Of a stretch of 64,000 nucleotides of DNA, positions 9,475-20,086 are shown one piece after another (position 1 is the stretch's first letter; each line of letters begins with the position of its first letter). The stretch is taken from assembly GCA_964477575.1 (NCBI GenBank), contig CAYZEA010000014.1:12520-76519 (forward strand), given 5' to 3'. Origin of the DNA: an uncultured Methyloversatilis sp. GTDB taxonomy: Bacteria > Pseudomonadota > Gammaproteobacteria > Burkholderiales > Rhodocyclaceae. A program made the translations under genes and the position numbers. The notes beneath the pieces are model-generated. The model was not told the origin of the DNA. It searched no databases and saw only the letters and a list, made by a program, of their open reading frames with translations.

Positions 9475-10380
9475 TCATTTCGGTGCAGATTGCGCCACAC
9501 CGCTGGCGGTTGATGGAATCGACGCGGACAGATTGAAACGTGCGCCAAAGGCGAAAACATCTTTGGAACAGACATCGATGCAGCGGCCGCAGTTGGTACA
9601 GGTGGCATCGAGAATGATCGGGGCCGTGCCGTCGATGGCCTTGAGCGCCGGACGGATCACCTGCTGCTCGGGGCAGACGGCATAGCAGTCCATGCAATCG
9701 TTACAGGCCTCGCGTTGCGGCAACACGACGCGCATCGCCGAGAACTTGCCGATCAGGCTGTAGAAGGCGCCGACCGGGCAGAGATGGCCGCACCAGCCGT
9801 GGCGCATCACGAACAGATCGAACAGGAAGACCGCCAGCACCACCACCCAGGCGAGGCCGAGGCCGAAGAACAGGCCGCGATGCAGCATCGATACCGGGTT
9901 GACCATTTCCCAGGCGAGGGTGCCGGTGAGGCCGCCGACCACGAAGGTCATGACCAGCACCCAGTAGCGGGTTGCGCGCGAAAAGTGGGCGCTGCCCTTG
10001 ATCCCGAGTTTGGTGCGCAGCCAGTAGGCGGCGTCGGTCAGCAGGTTCACCGGGCAAACCCAGGAGCAGAAGCCGCGCCCGCCAACCAGCAGGTAGAAGG
10101 CGAGGACGATGGCGACGCCGATCAGCGCGAGTTTCTCAGGTGTGTGACCGGTGACGAGCGCCTGCAGCAGCAGATAGGGATCGGCCAGCGGCAATACTTC
10201 GAGCGTGAGGCTGTAGTTGAGGTTGCCCTTGACGATCCACAGGTCGAGCCAGGGGCCGACGAGGAAGGCGGCGAGAATGCCGATCTGGCTGGTACGGCGC
10301 ATCAGCAGCCACTTGTGGGCCGGAACCCAGCCCTTGGCGTCGACGGCTTCGGCGCCGGGTTTGTGCGGGAGCGCGCTCAT
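9475..10380 (-). CDS. napH: Quinol dehydrogenase membrane subunit
   Basis: FCSWVCP, WCGHLCP and two ferredoxin Cys motifs; multiple TMs. Confidence 0.95.
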   Translation of the reverse strand: MSALPHKPGAEAVDAKGWVPAHKWLLMRRTSQIGILAAFLVGPWLDLWIVKGNLNYSLTLEVLPLADPYLLLQALVTGHTPEKLALIGVAIVLAFYLLVGGRGFCSWVCPVNLLTDAAYWLRTKLGIKGSAHFSRATRYWVLVMTFVVGGLTGTLAWEMVNPVSMLHRGLFFGLGLAWVVVLAVFLFDLFVMRHGWCGHLCPVGAFYSLIGKFSAMRVVLPQREACNDCMDCYAVCPEQQVIRPALKAIDGTAPIILDATCTNCGRCIDVCSKDVFAFGARFNLSASIPSTASGVAQSAPK

Positions 10381-11270
10381 AGCTTGCCTCCCTGCAGGGC
10401 TTTAAAAGTCGGCGCCTGCGGGACGGCGTCGGCCGTGCCCGCTGTACCGTTGGGGACGGCACTACTTTCCGGTACTGCAGCCCCGGGAGCTTTTGAGAGA
10501 CCCTTGCCGTATTCGTACTTCATGCCTTCCGGCATGTGGTATTGGTGTTCGGCATCCGGGGCGACCAGACTGCCACCGGCTTTTTCCTTCTCGACCCAGC
10601 CGAGGCGGTAGTGGGCCGACAATTGGCCTTTGGCCATGTAGAGCGGGAATATCTTGATGGCGGCGATTTCGGTCGGACAGGCCTTCTCGCATTTGCCGCA
10701 ACCGGTACAGGCGTCGGAATGCACCACCGGGATGAACAGGGTGTGATCGCCGGTGCGCACATTCCTTTGCGGATCGAGCGTGATGGCCTTGTCGATCACC
10801 GGGCAGACGCGGTAGCAGATGTCGCAGCGCAGGCCGAGGAAGTTGAGACAGGTCTCGTGATCGACGAGTACCGCCAGGCCCATCCTTGACTTGGTGATGT
10901 CCGTCAGCGAATGATCGAGTGCGCCGGTCGGGCAGGCTTTGACGCAAGGAATGTCCTCGCACATCTCGCACGGCGCCTGACGGGCCACGAAGTAGGGTGT
11001 GCCCGTCGACATCGGCTCTTCCGGCTTGGCCAGTTGGAGCATGTCGTAGGGACAATCGCGCACGCACAGTCCGCAACGGATGCAGGCGGCGGAGAATTCG
11101 GTTTCCGGCAGGGCGCCGGGGGGACGCAAGGCGGCAGGGGGTAGCGCCGTCGCGTGGCGGGCATACAGACCGAGGCCGACACCGAACAGGCCGACACCAC
11201 ACGCCATGCGTGCGGTATCGGCAAGAAACTGCCTTCTGGTTGAGCCTTTGGCAACTTTTTCGGGTGTCAT
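10377..11270 (-). CDS. napG: Ferredoxin-type protein NapG
   Basis: TRRQFL Tat signal, LRPPGA, four 4Fe-4S Cys motifs. Confidence 0.95.
   Translation of the reverse strand: MTPEKVAKGSTRRQFLADTARMACGVGLFGVGLGLYARHATALPPAALRPPGALPETEFSAACIRCGLCVRDCPYDMLQLAKPEEPMSTGTPYFVARQAPCEMCEDIPCVKACPTGALDHSLTDITKSRMGLAVLVDHETCLNFLGLRCDICYRVCPVIDKAITLDPQRNVRTGDHTLFIPVVHSDACTGCGKCEKACPTEIAAIKIFPLYMAKGQLSAHYRLGWVEKEKAGGSLVAPDAEHQYHMPEGMKYEYGKGLSKAPGAAVPESSAVPNGTAGTADAVPQAPTFKALQGGKL
10404..10427 (-). repeat. 24-bp motif, copy 3 (napG C-terminus, AVPQAPTF)
   Basis: Reverse complement GCCGTCCCGCAGGCGCCGACTTTT. Confidence 0.93.
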
Positions 11271-11280
11271 GATCTTGGGC

Positions 11281-11308
11281 GGGAAGCCTGCCCCCTGCAG
11301 GGCTTCCC
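11281..11308. other. Intercistronic hairpin between napA and napG
   Basis: GGGAAGCCTG...CAGGGCTTCCC imperfect inverted repeat. Confidence 0.5.
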
Positions 11309-11327
11309 GTTTTCCCTGGTTTCCGGC

Positions 11328-13883
11328 TTAGACCTTCACTACCTTGGCGGCACACTTCTTGAAGTCCGTTTCTTTCGAAATCGGACAGGTGGCATCCAGC
11401 GTGAGTTTGTTGACGAGACGATGTTCGTCGAAGAAGGGGACGAAGATCAGGCCTTCCGGCATCTTGTTGCGGCCCTTGGTGTCGACACGCAACTCGATTT
11501 CGCCACGACGGGTCGCGACCTTGACGATGTCGTTGCGCTTGAGACCGCGCTTTTCGGCATCCTTCGGGTGCATCCATACGACGGCATCGGGGAAGGATTT
11601 GTATAACTCGGGCACGCGCCGCGTCATCGAACCAGTGTGCCAGTGCTCCAGCACGCGACCGGTACACAGCCACAGGTCGTATTCCTTGTCCGGCATTTCG
11701 GCGGCGGGCTGATAGGGCAGGGCGAAGATCTTTGCCTTGCCGTCCGGGTAGCCGTAGAACTTCACGCCCTCGCCCTTCTTGACATAGGAATCGTAGCCTT
11801 CGCGGAAGCGCCACAGCGTTTCCTTGCCATCGACCACCGGCCAGCGGAAGCCGCGTGCCTTGTGGTACTCGTCGAAGTAGTGCAGGTCGTGCGCTTTGCC
11901 ACGGCCGAAGCGGGCGTATTCCTCGAACAGGCCTTTCTGCACGTAGTAGCCGAAATATTCAGATTCATCGTTGGTATAGCCGGCCCAGGCGTGGGCGTTG
12001 ACCTTGGCGGCTTCTTCCTTCGGGAACTTGTTGCATTCGCCGTTGGCATAGAGGATGTCGTACAGGGTCTTGCCGGCAACCTCGGGCTTCTTGGCGATCA
12101 AATCGGCCGGCCAGACTTCCTCGACCTTGAAGCGCTTGGAGAACTCCATGTATTGCCACAGGTCGGACTTGGCATCGCCCGGCGCCTTGACTTGCTGGCG
12201 CCACATCTGGCCGCGCCGCTCGGCGTTGCCGAACATGCCTTCCTTCTCCATCCACATCGCGGCGGGCAGGATCAGGTCGGCCGACATCGCCGAGACGGTC
12301 GGATAGACGTCGGAAACCACGGTAAAACACTTCGGGTTGCGCCAGCCGGGATAAATCTCGCCGTTGATATTGGGGCCGGCCTGCATGTTGTTGGTGGTCG
12401 TCGTCCAGAGGAAGCCGATCTTGCCGTCCTTGGCCATGCGCGACTGGGCGACGGCGTGGTAGCCGATCCAGTCCGGAATGGTGCCGGCGGGCAGCTTCCA
12501 GATGTTCTCGGAAAACTCGCGGTGCTTCGGGTTCATCACCACCATGTCGGCGGGCAGACGGTGGGCGAAGGTGCCGACCTCGCGCGCCGTGCCGCAGGCG
12601 GAGGGCTGGCCGGTCAGCGAGAAGGGGCTGTTGCCCGGCTCGGAGATCTTGCCGACCAGCAGGTGCACGTTGTAGATCATGTTATTGACCCAGGTGCCGC
12701 GCGTGTGCTGGTTGAAGCCCATGGTCCAGAACGAGGTGACCTTGATCTTCGGGTCGGCATAGGCCTTGGCCAGCGCTTCGAGCTTGTCTTTCGGCACGCC
12801 GGAAATCTCGTGCGCCTTGTCGACGGTGTATTCGGCAACGAACTTGGCAAAATCGTCGAAAGTGATCGGCGTGTGCTTGTTCGGGTCGCCCTTCGGCTTG
12901 CCGTCGGCACCGGGGTAACCGTTGTTGCCCGCGGCTTGCTCCAGCGGGTGGTTGGGACGCAGGCCGTAGCCAATGTCGGTGACCCCCTTGAAGAAGCCGA
13001 CATTCTTGTCCACGAACTCCTTGTTGACCGCGTTGTTCTGAATGATGTAGTTGCAGATGTAGTTGAGGATCGCCAGGTCGGATTGTGGCTTGAAGATCAA
13101 CTCGCTGTCGGCCAGTTCGCAGGAGCGGTGTGAGAAGGTCGAGAGGACATGAATCTTGACGTGATTGGCGGTGAGGCGGCGATTGGTGATGCGCGACCAG
13201 AGGATCGGGTGCATCTCGGCCATGTTCGAACCCCAGAGCGCGAACACGTCGGCATTCTCGATGTCGTCATAGCAGCCCATCGGCTCGTCGATGCCGAAGG
13301 TGCGCATGAAACCGGCGACGGCCGAAGCCATGCAGTGGCGTGCGTTCGGGTCGAGGCTGTTGGTGCGCAGACCGGCCTTCCACAGTTTGGCGGCGGCATA
13401 GCCTTCCCATACCGTCCATTGGCCTGAGCCGAACATCGCGACGCCGCGCTGACCCTGGTTCGGGTCTTTCAGCGTGGTCTTGACCTTCTCGGCCATGAGG
13501 TCAAACGCCTGATCCCAGCTGATCGGCGCGAACTCGCCGTTCTTGTCGAACTTGCCGTCCTTCATGCGCAGCAGCGGCTTGGTCAGGCGATCCTGACCGT
13601 ACTGGATCTTCGCCAGAAAGTAACCCTTGACGCAGTTGAGGCCCTTGTTGACCGGCGCATCGGGGTCGCCCTGGGTGGCGACGATCTTGCCGTCCTTGAC
13701 GCCGACGAGTACGCCGCAGCCGGTGCCGCAGTAGCGGCAGGCGCCCTTGTCCCAGCGCACGCCGTCGCCGCCTCTGGCCTGGGCGAGGGCCACGCCGGGC
13801 ACGCTCATGCCCGCTGTCACCGCGGCGGCGGCTACGGCATTGGTCTTGATGAATTCACGTCGCGTCATTGTTACTTGAGTCAT
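11328..13883 (-). CDS. napA: Periplasmic nitrate reductase catalytic subunit
   Basis: TRREFIK Tat, [34 protein letters not shown]-terminal TDFKKCA. Confidence 0.98.
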   Translation of the reverse strand: MTQVTMTRREFIKTNAVAAAAVTAGMSVPGVALAQARGGDGVRWDKGACRYCGTGCGVLVGVKDGKIVATQGDPDAPVNKGLNCVKGYFLAKIQYGQDRLTKPLLRMKDGKFDKNGEFAPISWDQAFDLMAEKVKTTLKDPNQGQRGVAMFGSGQWTVWEGYAAAKLWKAGLRTNSLDPNARHCMASAVAGFMRTFGIDEPMGCYDDIENADVFALWGSNMAEMHPILWSRITNRRLTANHVKIHVLSTFSHRSCELADSELIFKPQSDLAILNYICNYIIQNNAVNKEFVDKNVGFFKGVTDIGYGLRPNHPLEQAAGNNGYPGADGKPKGDPNKHTPITFDDFAKFVAEYTVDKAHEISGVPKDKLEALAKAYADPKIKVTSFWTMGFNQHTRGTWVNNMIYNVHLLVGKISEPGNSPFSLTGQPSACGTAREVGTFAHRLPADMVVMNPKHREFSENIWKLPAGTIPDWIGYHAVAQSRMAKDGKIGFLWTTTTNNMQAGPNINGEIYPGWRNPKCFTVVSDVYPTVSAMSADLILPAAMWMEKEGMFGNAERRGQMWRQQVKAPGDAKSDLWQYMEFSKRFKVEEVWPADLIAKKPEVAGKTLYDILYANGECNKFPKEEAAKVNAHAWAGYTNDESEYFGYYVQKGLFEEYARFGRGKAHDLHYFDEYHKARGFRWPVVDGKETLWRFREGYDSYVKKGEGVKFYGYPDGKAKIFALPYQPAAEMPDKEYDLWLCTGRVLEHWHTGSMTRRVPELYKSFPDAVVWMHPKDAEKRGLKRNDIVKVATRRGEIELRVDTKGRNKMPEGLIFVPFFDEHRLVNKLTLDATCPISKETDFKKCAAKVVKV

Positions 13884-13928
13884 GTCAGGCCTCCTTATCG
13901 ATTCGGCTTGTGGGTATCGTTGGCAGCG

Positions 13929-14189
13929 TTACGCTGCCAGCAAGATTTCTGCTTCTGGTTCGGTTTCTTTCTGGTGATAGACCATGGACGCCGACATCAC
14001 GCCGTCCATTAGGCTGATCTGTTCGTACATCTGGATCGTTTCGCGATCACCCTCGGTTTCGATGAGGGCGATGATCTTGCCCTCGGGCGACACGGCGGCC
14101 ACTTCGACACCCTCGAGGGTGTTTAGGCCGGCGACGACCGCTTGGGCGCGGTCGGGGCCGGGGATGACGATGACACTCGATATGTTCAT
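13929..14189 (-). CDS. napD: NapA signal-peptide chaperone
   Basis: MNISSVIV..GVEV..GKIIALIE..GVMSASMVYH; AAAGGA RBS before ATG at 14189. Confidence 0.9.
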   Translation of the reverse strand: MNISSVIVIPGPDRAQAVVAGLNTLEGVEVAAVSPEGKIIALIETEGDRETIQMYEQISLMDGVMSASMVYHQKETEPEAEILLAA

Positions 14190-14290
14190 GGGGGGTCCTT
14201 TTCCTGTGTCGTGAAGCGGGTCGGTCGATCTAGCTGGCTGCATCTTAGGCGCGCGAACAAGTCCTTTCCAGTCCACTGAATTCGGTTATC

Positions 14291-14306
14291 TACCCCTAAA
14301 GCGGTA
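14291..14306. promoter_or_regulatory. NarL/NarP 7-2-7 binding site between napD and narX
   Basis: TACCCCT-AA-AGCGGTA, inverted TACYNMT heptamers. Confidence 0.75.
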
Positions 14307-14433
14307 GTCGTTCGTCAGGTTGAAAACCATTAAAATCAAACAAATGCGCTTTTGACCCGATCCACTATGGGGTTAATTGCCTACCCCGAAAGGGTCCCGG
14401 CTTAGTTCTTCTTCGTCTGCCAGAATTCATCTC

Positions 14434-16296
14434 ATGCGGCGCTTTTATCCCACCCTGATGTCCGGCCTGCGCGATTCGGTGCTGTTGCGCGCCGGCATTG
14501 TCATGAGTTTGCTGGCGATGTTGTCGGTCACCTCGATCGTGATTTCGACCGTCATCGCCGAGGACATCAGCGGTCGTGCGAATGCGGTAAACGTGTCCGG
14601 TTCGTTGCGCTTTCTGACTTACCGCACCTTGAGCGAGGTATTGCAACCGGCCAAGCGGGTGCAGGCGCACGAGACGATCAAACTGTTCGAGCGTCGGCTG
14701 TTGAGTCTTGAGCGCTTCATCGAAACCAAATCGAAAAGCGATTCGCCGTCGCTGCTCGCCATTCATAGCGTCGTCCAGCGCTGGAACACCAGCATCCGCT
14801 CGCTCGAAATTGCCGCGGCCAACGGCAGCGCCGATGCCCTGCTGCAGTTGGCGCATGAAGTGCCGGACTATGTCGACCAGATCGACCGCGTGGTGCGCCT
14901 CATCGAGGAAGAACTCGAAAGCAAGGCGCGTCGCCTGCGCATCACGCAACTGATCCTGCTGGGGCTAATCGTCACCATCAGCCTGGGGACATTGTGGCTG
15001 TTGCGACAGCAATTGATCATTCCGCTGGCGCAACTGCTGCAGGCTGCCAAAACGGTCTCGCAAGGCTCGTTCTCGGCGCGCGTCAGCCATGTCGGCAATG
15101 ACGAACTCGGCCAGCTGGGCAGTGCGTTCAATACCATGGTGAGCGAAATCGCCAGCATGTATGCCCACCTGGAAGACAAGGTGAAAGAAAAAACCCATGA
15201 ACTGATGCGCACCAACCAGTCGCTGGAGTTGCTGTACTACGTCAGCCAGCAGTTGTCGGCCAGCGATCTGACGCTCGACAAGCTGCAGGACATCCTGCGC
15301 GAGGTCGAGGGAGACCTCGCCCTGGGGCATAGCCAGATCTGCATTAGCGAGAATGGCCAGTTGCCGGCGCATACCATCACCACCGACCTGACCAAGGAGG
15401 AGCTCAAGCAGCGCTGCGAACGCATGGATTGCCAGCACTGCTTCGAGCAGGCCGAATTGCCGCTCACCGAACAGGCCCTGCGCGATCATGTGCAGGCCGT
15501 GCCGATTGGCGATGGCGACCGTTTCCGCGGCATCTTCCCGGTGCTGCTGAAGGATGGCACCCCCCTGCCGCGCGAGAAGGAACGCGTCTTGCAGACGGTG
15601 GGCCACCATGTGTCGAATGCGCTGATCAACATGCGCCGTGCCGAAGAAAAGCACCGTCTTGCCGTGCTGGAGGAGCGGACGGTGATTGCGCGCGAACTGC
15701 ACGACTCGATTGCCCAGTCCCTGAGCTACCTGCGCATCCAGGTAACGCGCCTGGAAAAGTGCATCGACCAGGGCTGCGATCCGCGCACCATCGCCGAGGA
15801 ACTGAAGAACGGGCTGGCCGGCGCCTATCGCGAACTGCGCGAGTTGATCACCACCTTCCGCCTGCGCATCGACGAGCGCGGCTTCAATGTAGCCCTGCAG
15901 GAGACCGTGGCGGAGTTCTCCGAAAAACTCGGTTTCCCGTTGCAACTCACCAATGCCATGTCCGGTATCGTGCTCTCGGCCAACGAAGAGATGCACGTCA
16001 TCCGCATCGTCCGCGAGGCACTGTCGAACATCGAGCGTCATGCCGAGGCCAGTTCTGCCAGCGTGACGATTGCTGTTGATGCCTTTCAGGCGGTGACGGT
16101 GCGCATTGTCGACGACGGCAAGGGCTTTGACCTGCGCCACACGCCGGCCAATCACTTTGGCGTGAATATCATGCACGACCGTTCCGCCATCCTCGACGGC
16201 CGACTTGAAGTGGCGTCGGCGCCGGGACAGGGGACGGTGATCATCCTGCAATTCCTGCCGCAAAAAATCCGCCAGGCCGTGCCTGAGCTGAGCTGA
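14434..16296 (+). CDS. narX: Nitrate/nitrite sensor histidine kinase
   Basis: P-box-like NAVNVSGSLRFLTYR, HAMP, Cys cluster, EERTVIARELHDSIAQSLSY. Confidence 0.92.
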   Translation: MRRFYPTLMSGLRDSVLLRAGIVMSLLAMLSVTSIVISTVIAEDISGRANAVNVSGSLRFLTYRTLSEVLQPAKRVQAHETIKLFERRLLSLERFIETKSKSDSPSLLAIHSVVQRWNTSIRSLEIAAANGSADALLQLAHEVPDYVDQIDRVVRLIEEELESKARRLRITQLILLGLIVTISLGTLWLLRQQLIIPLAQLLQAAKTVSQGSFSARVSHVGNDELGQLGSAFNTMVSEIASMYAHLEDKVKEKTHELMRTNQSLELLYYVSQQLSASDLTLDKLQDILREVEGDLALGHSQICISENGQLPAHTITTDLTKEELKQRCERMDCQHCFEQAELPLTEQALRDHVQAVPIGDGDRFRGIFPVLLKDGTPLPREKERVLQTVGHHVSNALINMRRAEEKHRLAVLEERTVIARELHDSIAQSLSYLRIQVTRLEKCIDQGCDPRTIAEELKNGLAGAYRELRELITTFRLRIDERGFNVALQETVAEFSEKLGFPLQLTNAMSGIVLSANEEMHVIRIVREALSNIERHAEASSASVTIAVDAFQAVTVRIVDDGKGFDLRHTPANHFGVNIMHDRSAILDGRLEVASAPGQGTVIILQFLPQKIRQAVPELS

Positions 16297-16306
16297 AAGG
16301 ACCGCC

Positions 16307-16960
16307 ATGACTGCCTGCACCGAAACCTCGCGCGTACTCATCATCGACGACCATCCGCTGTTCCGCCGCGGCGTTCGCCAACTGCTAGCGCTCGACGAGA
16401 GTTATGACGTGGTCGGCGAAGCGGCGAGCGGCCAGGAGGGCATCGAACTGGCGAAGCTGCACGACCCCGATCTGATCCTGCTCGACCTCAACATGAAGGG
16501 CATCAACGGCCTCGAAACCCTGCGTACCTTGCGCGACATGGGCTGCGAGGCGCGCATCGTCATGGTCACCGTTTCGAATGCACCGGAAGACCTGATGACG
16601 GCGATTCGTTCCGGTGCGGATGGCTACATCCTCAAGGACAACGATCCCGAGGAAATCCTGCGCATGGTCTGCAGCGTGATGCAGGGGCAGACGGCGATCA
16701 GCCCGGAATTAACCAGCCTGCTAGCCAGCGCCTTGCGCGAAGAAAGCGTGACGGAAAACCGCAGCCATGCCAGCCTGACCGAGCGCGAGACGGCGATCCT
16801 CAAGTGTCTCGCCGCCGGCAAGTCGAACAAGCTGATCGCACGCGAACTCAACATCATGGAAAGCACCGTCAAGGTGCATATCCGCAACCTGCTGAAGAAG
16901 CTCAAGTTCCGTTCGCGCGTCGAGGCCGCCGTGTGGGCGGTCTCCAACAAGCTACAGTAG
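16307..16960 (+). CDS. narL: Nitrate/nitrite response regulator
   Basis: DDHPLFRRG, LLDLNM, LuxR HTH TVKVHIRNLLKKL..RSRVEAAVW. Confidence 0.93.
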   Translation: MTACTETSRVLIIDDHPLFRRGVRQLLALDESYDVVGEAASGQEGIELAKLHDPDLILLDLNMKGINGLETLRTLRDMGCEARIVMVTVSNAPEDLMTAIRSGADGYILKDNDPEEILRMVCSVMQGQTAISPELTSLLASALREESVTENRSHASLTERETAILKCLAAGKSNKLIARELNIMESTVKVHIRNLLKKLKFRSRVEAAVWAVSNKLQ

Positions 16961-17183
16961 CAAGGTTGCAATCTGAGGTCGGTCGGAAAAAATGGATTCC
17001 AACAGCAGGTAACTGAGTCGAGCAGTCTCTCGGCGCGACTTCTTTACTACGGTTCGTCGGCCAAGGGCTGCCGGTGACCTAAGCCTTGTCAGGCGGCAGG
17101 TATATGTCAGCAAACGGACTGTGGCACAGCTCCGGTCAGTTTGGGCAAGTGATGACTCGCCAAAACTGACTCGAAGATGAAAT

Positions 17184-17897
17184 CTAAACCCTCGCTGAAT
17201 TCAGAAACTCTGGAAAGCTCAGCCCGGTCAGTTCTCGTGTTGTGCGGGACAGGTAATAGATCACCAAGACCATCATCACCATCGATGGCAAGGCTATGAA
17301 GGGGTAGCTGACTAAGGTGAGGCGCCCAAGTTCCTCGTTAAACGCGGGTGTGCCGGCGGGGCTGACGACAATATAAGTTGCCAGGAAGTAGTTCATTGCC
17401 GACGAGAAGAAAAAGGTGCCACTCAGCATCCAAGTGGCCCGCAGCAGGCGCTCCTCGAACACTCTGGTTGCGCCATGTGCTGCCAATCTTTCCTGCAAGC
17501 GGGCAACGTCGATAATGGCCGGGTTCAGCAAGATTATCTTTACCAGTGGATAGCGCGTGTAGGTCGAACCCAACACAGCCAGGCCGATGAGGCCAGAGAC
17601 TGCCGCCTCCTTGACGGCGAGCCATTGCGCATCGAGTTCCAGTAGCCCGATGCCACCGGTAAGAACGGTGCTGACAACGCCAAGCGCAGCGAACAGATTG
17701 ATCTTCCGCCGATTCCGGAAATCGCGTATGCCCCATGCCAGCGGGAAACTCAGCGCCAGCGCCAACGCGTTTGTCGCACCCAAATCCTCCGGACCGGATA
17801 GCTTCATCAGGATCAACGCTGGAACGATCAGGGTGATGGTCAGTTCAACCAGCGGGTTTGGTTTTGCAGCGTCTGCCATGTTTGTTTGCGGGTTCAT
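17184..17897 (-). CDS. VC0807-like integral membrane protein
   Basis: Multi-TM; LTGGIGLLEL..WLAVKEAA, SPAGT.AFNEELG. Confidence 0.7.
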   Translation of the reverse strand: MNPQTNMADAAKPNPLVELTITLIVPALILMKLSGPEDLGATNALALALSFPLAWGIRDFRNRRKINLFAALGVVSTVLTGGIGLLELDAQWLAVKEAAVSGLIGLAVLGSTYTRYPLVKIILLNPAIIDVARLQERLAAHGATRVFEERLLRATWMLSGTFFFSSAMNYFLATYIVVSPAGTPAFNEELGRLTLVSYPFIALPSMVMMVLVIYYLSRTTRELTGLSFPEFLNSARV

Positions 17898-17903
17898 CGT
17901 CGC

Positions 17904-18041
17904 TTAGAGTTTCGAGGCTGCAATCCCCAGTACGACCAATAGCAATAGCATCAAGATTCCGGCTATCCCCACGGCAATCTGAATGATCCGCGATCTTCCT
18001 CCTGCTTCGTGTTTGGCGTCATCATGGTTGTCGCTTGTCAT
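17904..18041 (-). CDS. 45-aa single-pass membrane protein (below the ORF track cutoff)
   Basis: MTSDNHDDAKHEAGGRSRIIQIAVGIAGILMLLLLVVLGIAASKL*; GGAG RBS; fills the gap between co-oriented genes. Confidence 0.6.
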   Translation of the reverse strand: MTSDNHDDAKHEAGGRSRIIQIAVGIAGILMLLLLVVLGIAASKL

Positions 18042-18071
18042 GGGGTACTCCATAGAAACGAAGTATCCATG

Positions 18072-18521
18072 TCACTTCTTCTTGAAATCATGATGGCAGG
18101 ACTGGCAGTGGTCATATACCTTCGAGTAGGCGCCGGTCACATTCTTAAGTTCCTTTGACTGGGCCGCGATCAGCAATGCATCCGTTGATTTGATAAATGC
18201 CTCGCGTCCCTTCTCGAACTCGGCTTGCTTCTCCCAAACTTCAGGTTTGGCCTTGGTAGGTGGATAGTTGGTGTCGGAACCGAAATACGTCCATGGGCCA
18301 TCGCGTTTGGTGATCAGATCGGCGGCCAGGATCTCAAACTTGCCGGCATCGTATTTGCCATCACGCAGCATGGTTCCCATTGGCTCGAAAACCCGCAGCA
18401 TCTCCTTGAACGCTGTCTGGCGCATCTTCACGGGCTGGCCCGGACGCGAGTCCTCAACCGGCTTGCTACAGGCTGACAGGCCGATGGCGAGTGCCATCGG
18501 CAGAATGAGTTTTACATGCAT
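18072..18521 (-). CDS. Cytochrome c'-type (class II) lipoprotein
   Basis: Lipobox LSAC; AKPEVW..F; C-terminal CQSCH. Confidence 0.85.
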   Translation of the reverse strand: MHVKLILPMALAIGLSACSKPVEDSRPGQPVKMRQTAFKEMLRVFEPMGTMLRDGKYDAGKFEILAADLITKRDGPWTYFGSDTNYPPTKAKPEVWEKQAEFEKGREAFIKSTDALLIAAQSKELKNVTGAYSKVYDHCQSCHHDFKKK

Positions 18522-18604
18522 ATTTTGGGTAAAAAGACGGTGCCGACCAGTGGGGGACAACACTGGTGCGGCGCCGGGAGGCGGCACAAAAAATCCGCTG
18601 AGAT

Positions 18605-19543
18605 TTATTGAACTTGCTGAATGCCTGCCAGCAACCAGCCGCTGTTACCATGGCGCGGCTTGACCAGATGCCAGATTTCATCGACGCTTTCGGCGGGGCC
18701 ATTGTCCTCGCGAACCTGTCCGGTGAAGCGGGCGCTGACGACATAGCGGTTGTCTTCTGCAGCCACGTCAATGACATCGGCTTCGATGGCAACCACGTCC
18801 GTTACCTGGGTCTGGCCGGCACGCTCGGCGATGGTCAGCTTGATCTCGGCAAACATCTCGGGGGTGGTGAACTCGCGGATGTCATCCAGATTGCCGGCAT
18901 CGTTGGCGGCCTGCAAGCGGATGTAATACACCTTGGCATTGCGCACGAAGCCAGCCACATCAAAATCTGCCGGAATATTGGCAGCTGCCGGGCTATCGTC
19001 TGCGATGCGGGTACTGGCCGACGCGGCAGGCATCGAAACATCGTAATCACGCGATGCGGATTGGCTAGGTTCAACGCGATTGGCCGCGTACTGGAATGCG
19101 TTCTGTGCGCCGCCCGCACCGGCACCGGCCATAGCGGGCTGTTGTTCTGCAGCGCGCTTGCGCATGAAGAAGCCGATCGCCGCGATAACGACAAACGCCA
19201 GCAGCGCCATCATCATGAAGGAGGCCAACTCTTCGCCGAAGCCGAAGTGAGAGGCCAGGGCCGCGAGACCAAGACCGGCAGCCAGACCGGCGACGGGGCC
19301 CATCCATGACCGACCGGTTTGAGCTGCGGCGGCAGGTGCCGCAGCAGCGGCTGGAGCAGCAGCGGTAGCAGGAGTGGCCTGCTTCGGCGATAAGGCGGCA
19401 TCCGGCGCTTTGACTGGCGGGGTCGCCTGTCGCTGCATGCCAGAGGACTTGCCAGAACCGAGGCGCTTGGCCGCCTCCGCGTCACCAGTACCTATGCTTA
19501 GGCCGAGTGCGACAACAACTGCGAGCAGTGAAAGAGATTTCAT
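18605..19543 (-). CDS. Tim44-domain protein
   Basis: AEAAKRLGSGKSSGMQR N-terminus; F...AK..Y.RLQAA.D; EIWHL.K..WLLAGIQQ. Confidence 0.88.
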   Translation of the reverse strand: MKSLSLLAVVVALGLSIGTGDAEAAKRLGSGKSSGMQRQATPPVKAPDAALSPKQATPATAAAPAAAAAPAAAAQTGRSWMGPVAGLAAGLGLAALASHFGFGEELASFMMMALLAFVVIAAIGFFMRKRAAEQQPAMAGAGAGGAQNAFQYAANRVEPSQSASRDYDVSMPAASASTRIADDSPAAANIPADFDVAGFVRNAKVYYIRLQAANDAGNLDDIREFTTPEMFAEIKLTIAERAGQTQVTDVVAIEADVIDVAAEDNRYVVSARFTGQVREDNGPAESVDEIWHLVKPRHGNSGWLLAGIQQVQ

Positions 19544-19719
19544 CGAGGTCTCCTGTGGGTATGGGGTTTGACACGATGAAGGATAGTGGCTGTCGATTCA
19601 AAAGAAAAACAGAATAAAGCGTATCCAATGATCCGGAAATACTTATTGTTTGTCTAGCCAGGTTTCGTCGGGTCATTCCCGTCAGCGACTTTAAGGATGA
19701 CTTTGGCATGAGCATCCGT

Positions 19720-19975
19720 TCAGGCGATATCCCCTCTGCTTTTGTCGCCCAACAGATGTTCGATAAGAGCTTTGGCAACAGCTGAAAGATGCTTGTCCCT
19801 GGGATAAGCGACATACCACTTTCGCTTTAAGGGAAACCACTGACATCGAGTGGCCGTAATAAGTCGCCGGATCCTTCCAGTGTAAGCGTGTGCAGAGACA
19901 GCACGGAAACGCCAAGGCCGCCGGCTATCGCCTGCTTGATGGCCTTGTACTACCCAGCTCCATGCGTACCTTCGT
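19720..19975 (-). pseudogene. C-terminal remnant of a CbbR/CmpR-like LysR regulator
   Basis: KVRMELGS / AIKQAIAGGLGVSVLSLHTL..LDVSGFP / LKRKWYVAYPRDKHLSAVAKAL split across frameshifts; no N-terminal HTH. Confidence 0.78.
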
Positions 19976-20086
19976 GGGGTCGATGCGGTCCGTCTGGCCG
20001 TAGCCACCGAGGTGGCCCGTACCCTGCAACTGTTCGGCGCCAGCGGGCAGGGCGTCGGGGCACTGGGTAGTGCCTAAGCCAAAAAA

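Noticed and set aside
9981-9994. Partial motif-like strings (AAAAGTGGGCGCTG here; also near 18532, 19677, 21376, 31137, 41197 and 59512)
   Set aside because: Match only one half or need indels; cannot be separated from background without a weight matrix
14320-14333. FNR-like TTGAA-N4-ATTAA in the napD-narX spacer
   Set aside because: Both half-sites deviate from TTGAT-N4-ATCAA; too weak to call
19320-19400. Ala/Pro-rich repetitive stretch in the Tim44 gene
   Set aside because: Ordinary low-complexity linker, not a DNA repeat
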